A stretch of DNA of 64,000 bases, from assembly GCA_051362555.1 (NCBI GenBank), contig CM120644.1:22156534-22220533 (forward strand), in the 5' to 3' direction. Shown piece after piece: positions 63,001 through 64,000 of the stretch (positions are counted from its first letter, which is position 1; the number at the start of each line of letters is the position of its first letter). Position numbers and translations under genes: made by a program. A model generated the notes under the pieces. It saw only the letters and a list, made by a program, of their open reading frames with translations, made no database searches and was not told the DNA's origin. Source of the stretch: Lingula anatina. Taxonomy: Eukaryota > Animalia > Brachiopoda.

Positions 63001-64000
63001 TGTTTAACCCTTGCATGGATTTATTTAATTAAAGCAAAGCGAAGTCCGTGCATATTAGCAGTTCTTTACTCATTTCTATCTAGGGACACTTATAGTCCTA
63101 GTTTTGGATGTATTGCTTGATCATTGGGTGTCGAGTTTATATACTTTTTTTGACGTACATTCAATGCCTTCGCATATTTTAGTATAATAAATATGTACGC
63201 ATTTCACAGACTCATAAACAGATTTTACCTGACTCATAAAAATGAACAGGTGTCCTTTTTCAACATTAGGAAAATAAATAATTAACAATATGAATAAAAT
63301 ATCTTTTAAACGGTGACTACATTTGCAACCATTTCATTAAAAATAACATTACAAACACTTAAGAAGTCCACATACCAAGCTGACTTTCAAGTTAGTCTAG
63401 ATCTCACTCTGAGATCCGCGACATGAATGACGTGGAAAGCGTGCTTGAGATGATGAAGTAAACCGTCTTCTGATTTCTATATCATCAGCAGTACTCGTCA
63501 CCACTATCGCGATCCTTATGTTGCTGAAATGCATCCAAAGAAGAAAGAGATATAACTGTGATGCGCCAATAACTGGTGCGTCTTCCGTTAACGATAACAA
63601 GTCCAAAACGGGCAATGTGGATAATTCCATTTTCAAAATTTTAGTTTTCTTAATGTGAAATGTGCAAACGCTATCCTACTAGAATTTGTTGTCAAATTCC
63701 TTAATAGTACAACAAAAGAACCATAGAGTTCAGATCACAAATATGATCCCTAAACTTGAAAATTAATTTTAAGGAGTTTTTTATGCACTCGACTTGTTTT
63801 ATGACTTCATGACCTTACATGTAATTATATAACACAAGTTGACACGTGCAATTAGAGTAATTGAGATTTGTATGCACCAAGCAATAGTGCAGCACTGGAT
63901 CCACCTAAGATAAAAATTGGGATATAAGCCTGCTGAATAAGTATCTAGGGAGCAAACCTTTAGAGAGACCACTTGGGAGAGCCAACAACTCGGACGCCAG
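60001..64000 (+). repeat. Segmental duplication block, copy 3 (paralogue of 22340-25452), running off the window end
   Basis: Colinear from ctggaggcag/gctagaactga to ccacttgggagagccaacaactcggacgccag; contains insertions at about 60765-61305 and 61398-62307. Confidence 0.88.
61398..62307. mobile_element. Probable solo LTR (TG...CA ends, 4-bp TSD CATC)
   Basis: catc|tgtcaggaacc ... ggttccccaca|catc; the empty site cagtccatcgttg is present at about 23209-23221; 910 bp, non-coding. Confidence 0.75.

Overview
AT-rich, intron- and repeat-rich animal genomic DNA. It is probably a lophotrochozoan and possibly a mollusc, inferred from the CREB C-terminus ELYCQKDA and the Helentron/Academ repeat content. 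Three spliced + strand genes can be built by hand with canonical GT-AG introns and consistent phases: (1) FAM221A (8 coding exons, 171-5819, 335 aa); (2) a CREB1/CREM-family bZIP gene (16953-22268, 307 aa) with two tandem alternative terminal bZIP exons and a 63-bp minisatellite that multiplies an exon end and its 5' splice site 12 times; (3) a ~1585-aa MFHAS1-like Roco protein (37233-44000) with the unusual architecture DZIP3-type HEPN, coiled coil, ~20 LRRs, Roc GTPase, COR and CARD, followed by a decayed CARD exon copy. The ~3 kb block starting in the CREB 3' UTR recurs twice more (about 45300-51820 and 60001-64000), and these copies provide empty-site controls for several insertions. The rest is transposable elements (L2-like and L1/Tx1-like LINE fragments, a decayed Academ element, a Helentron-associated element with a 146-bp satellite, a solo LTR, many MITEs), minisatellites and microsatellites. 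No CRISPR array, rRNA or intact tRNA is supported. All domain calls come from visual motif recognition, not database searches.
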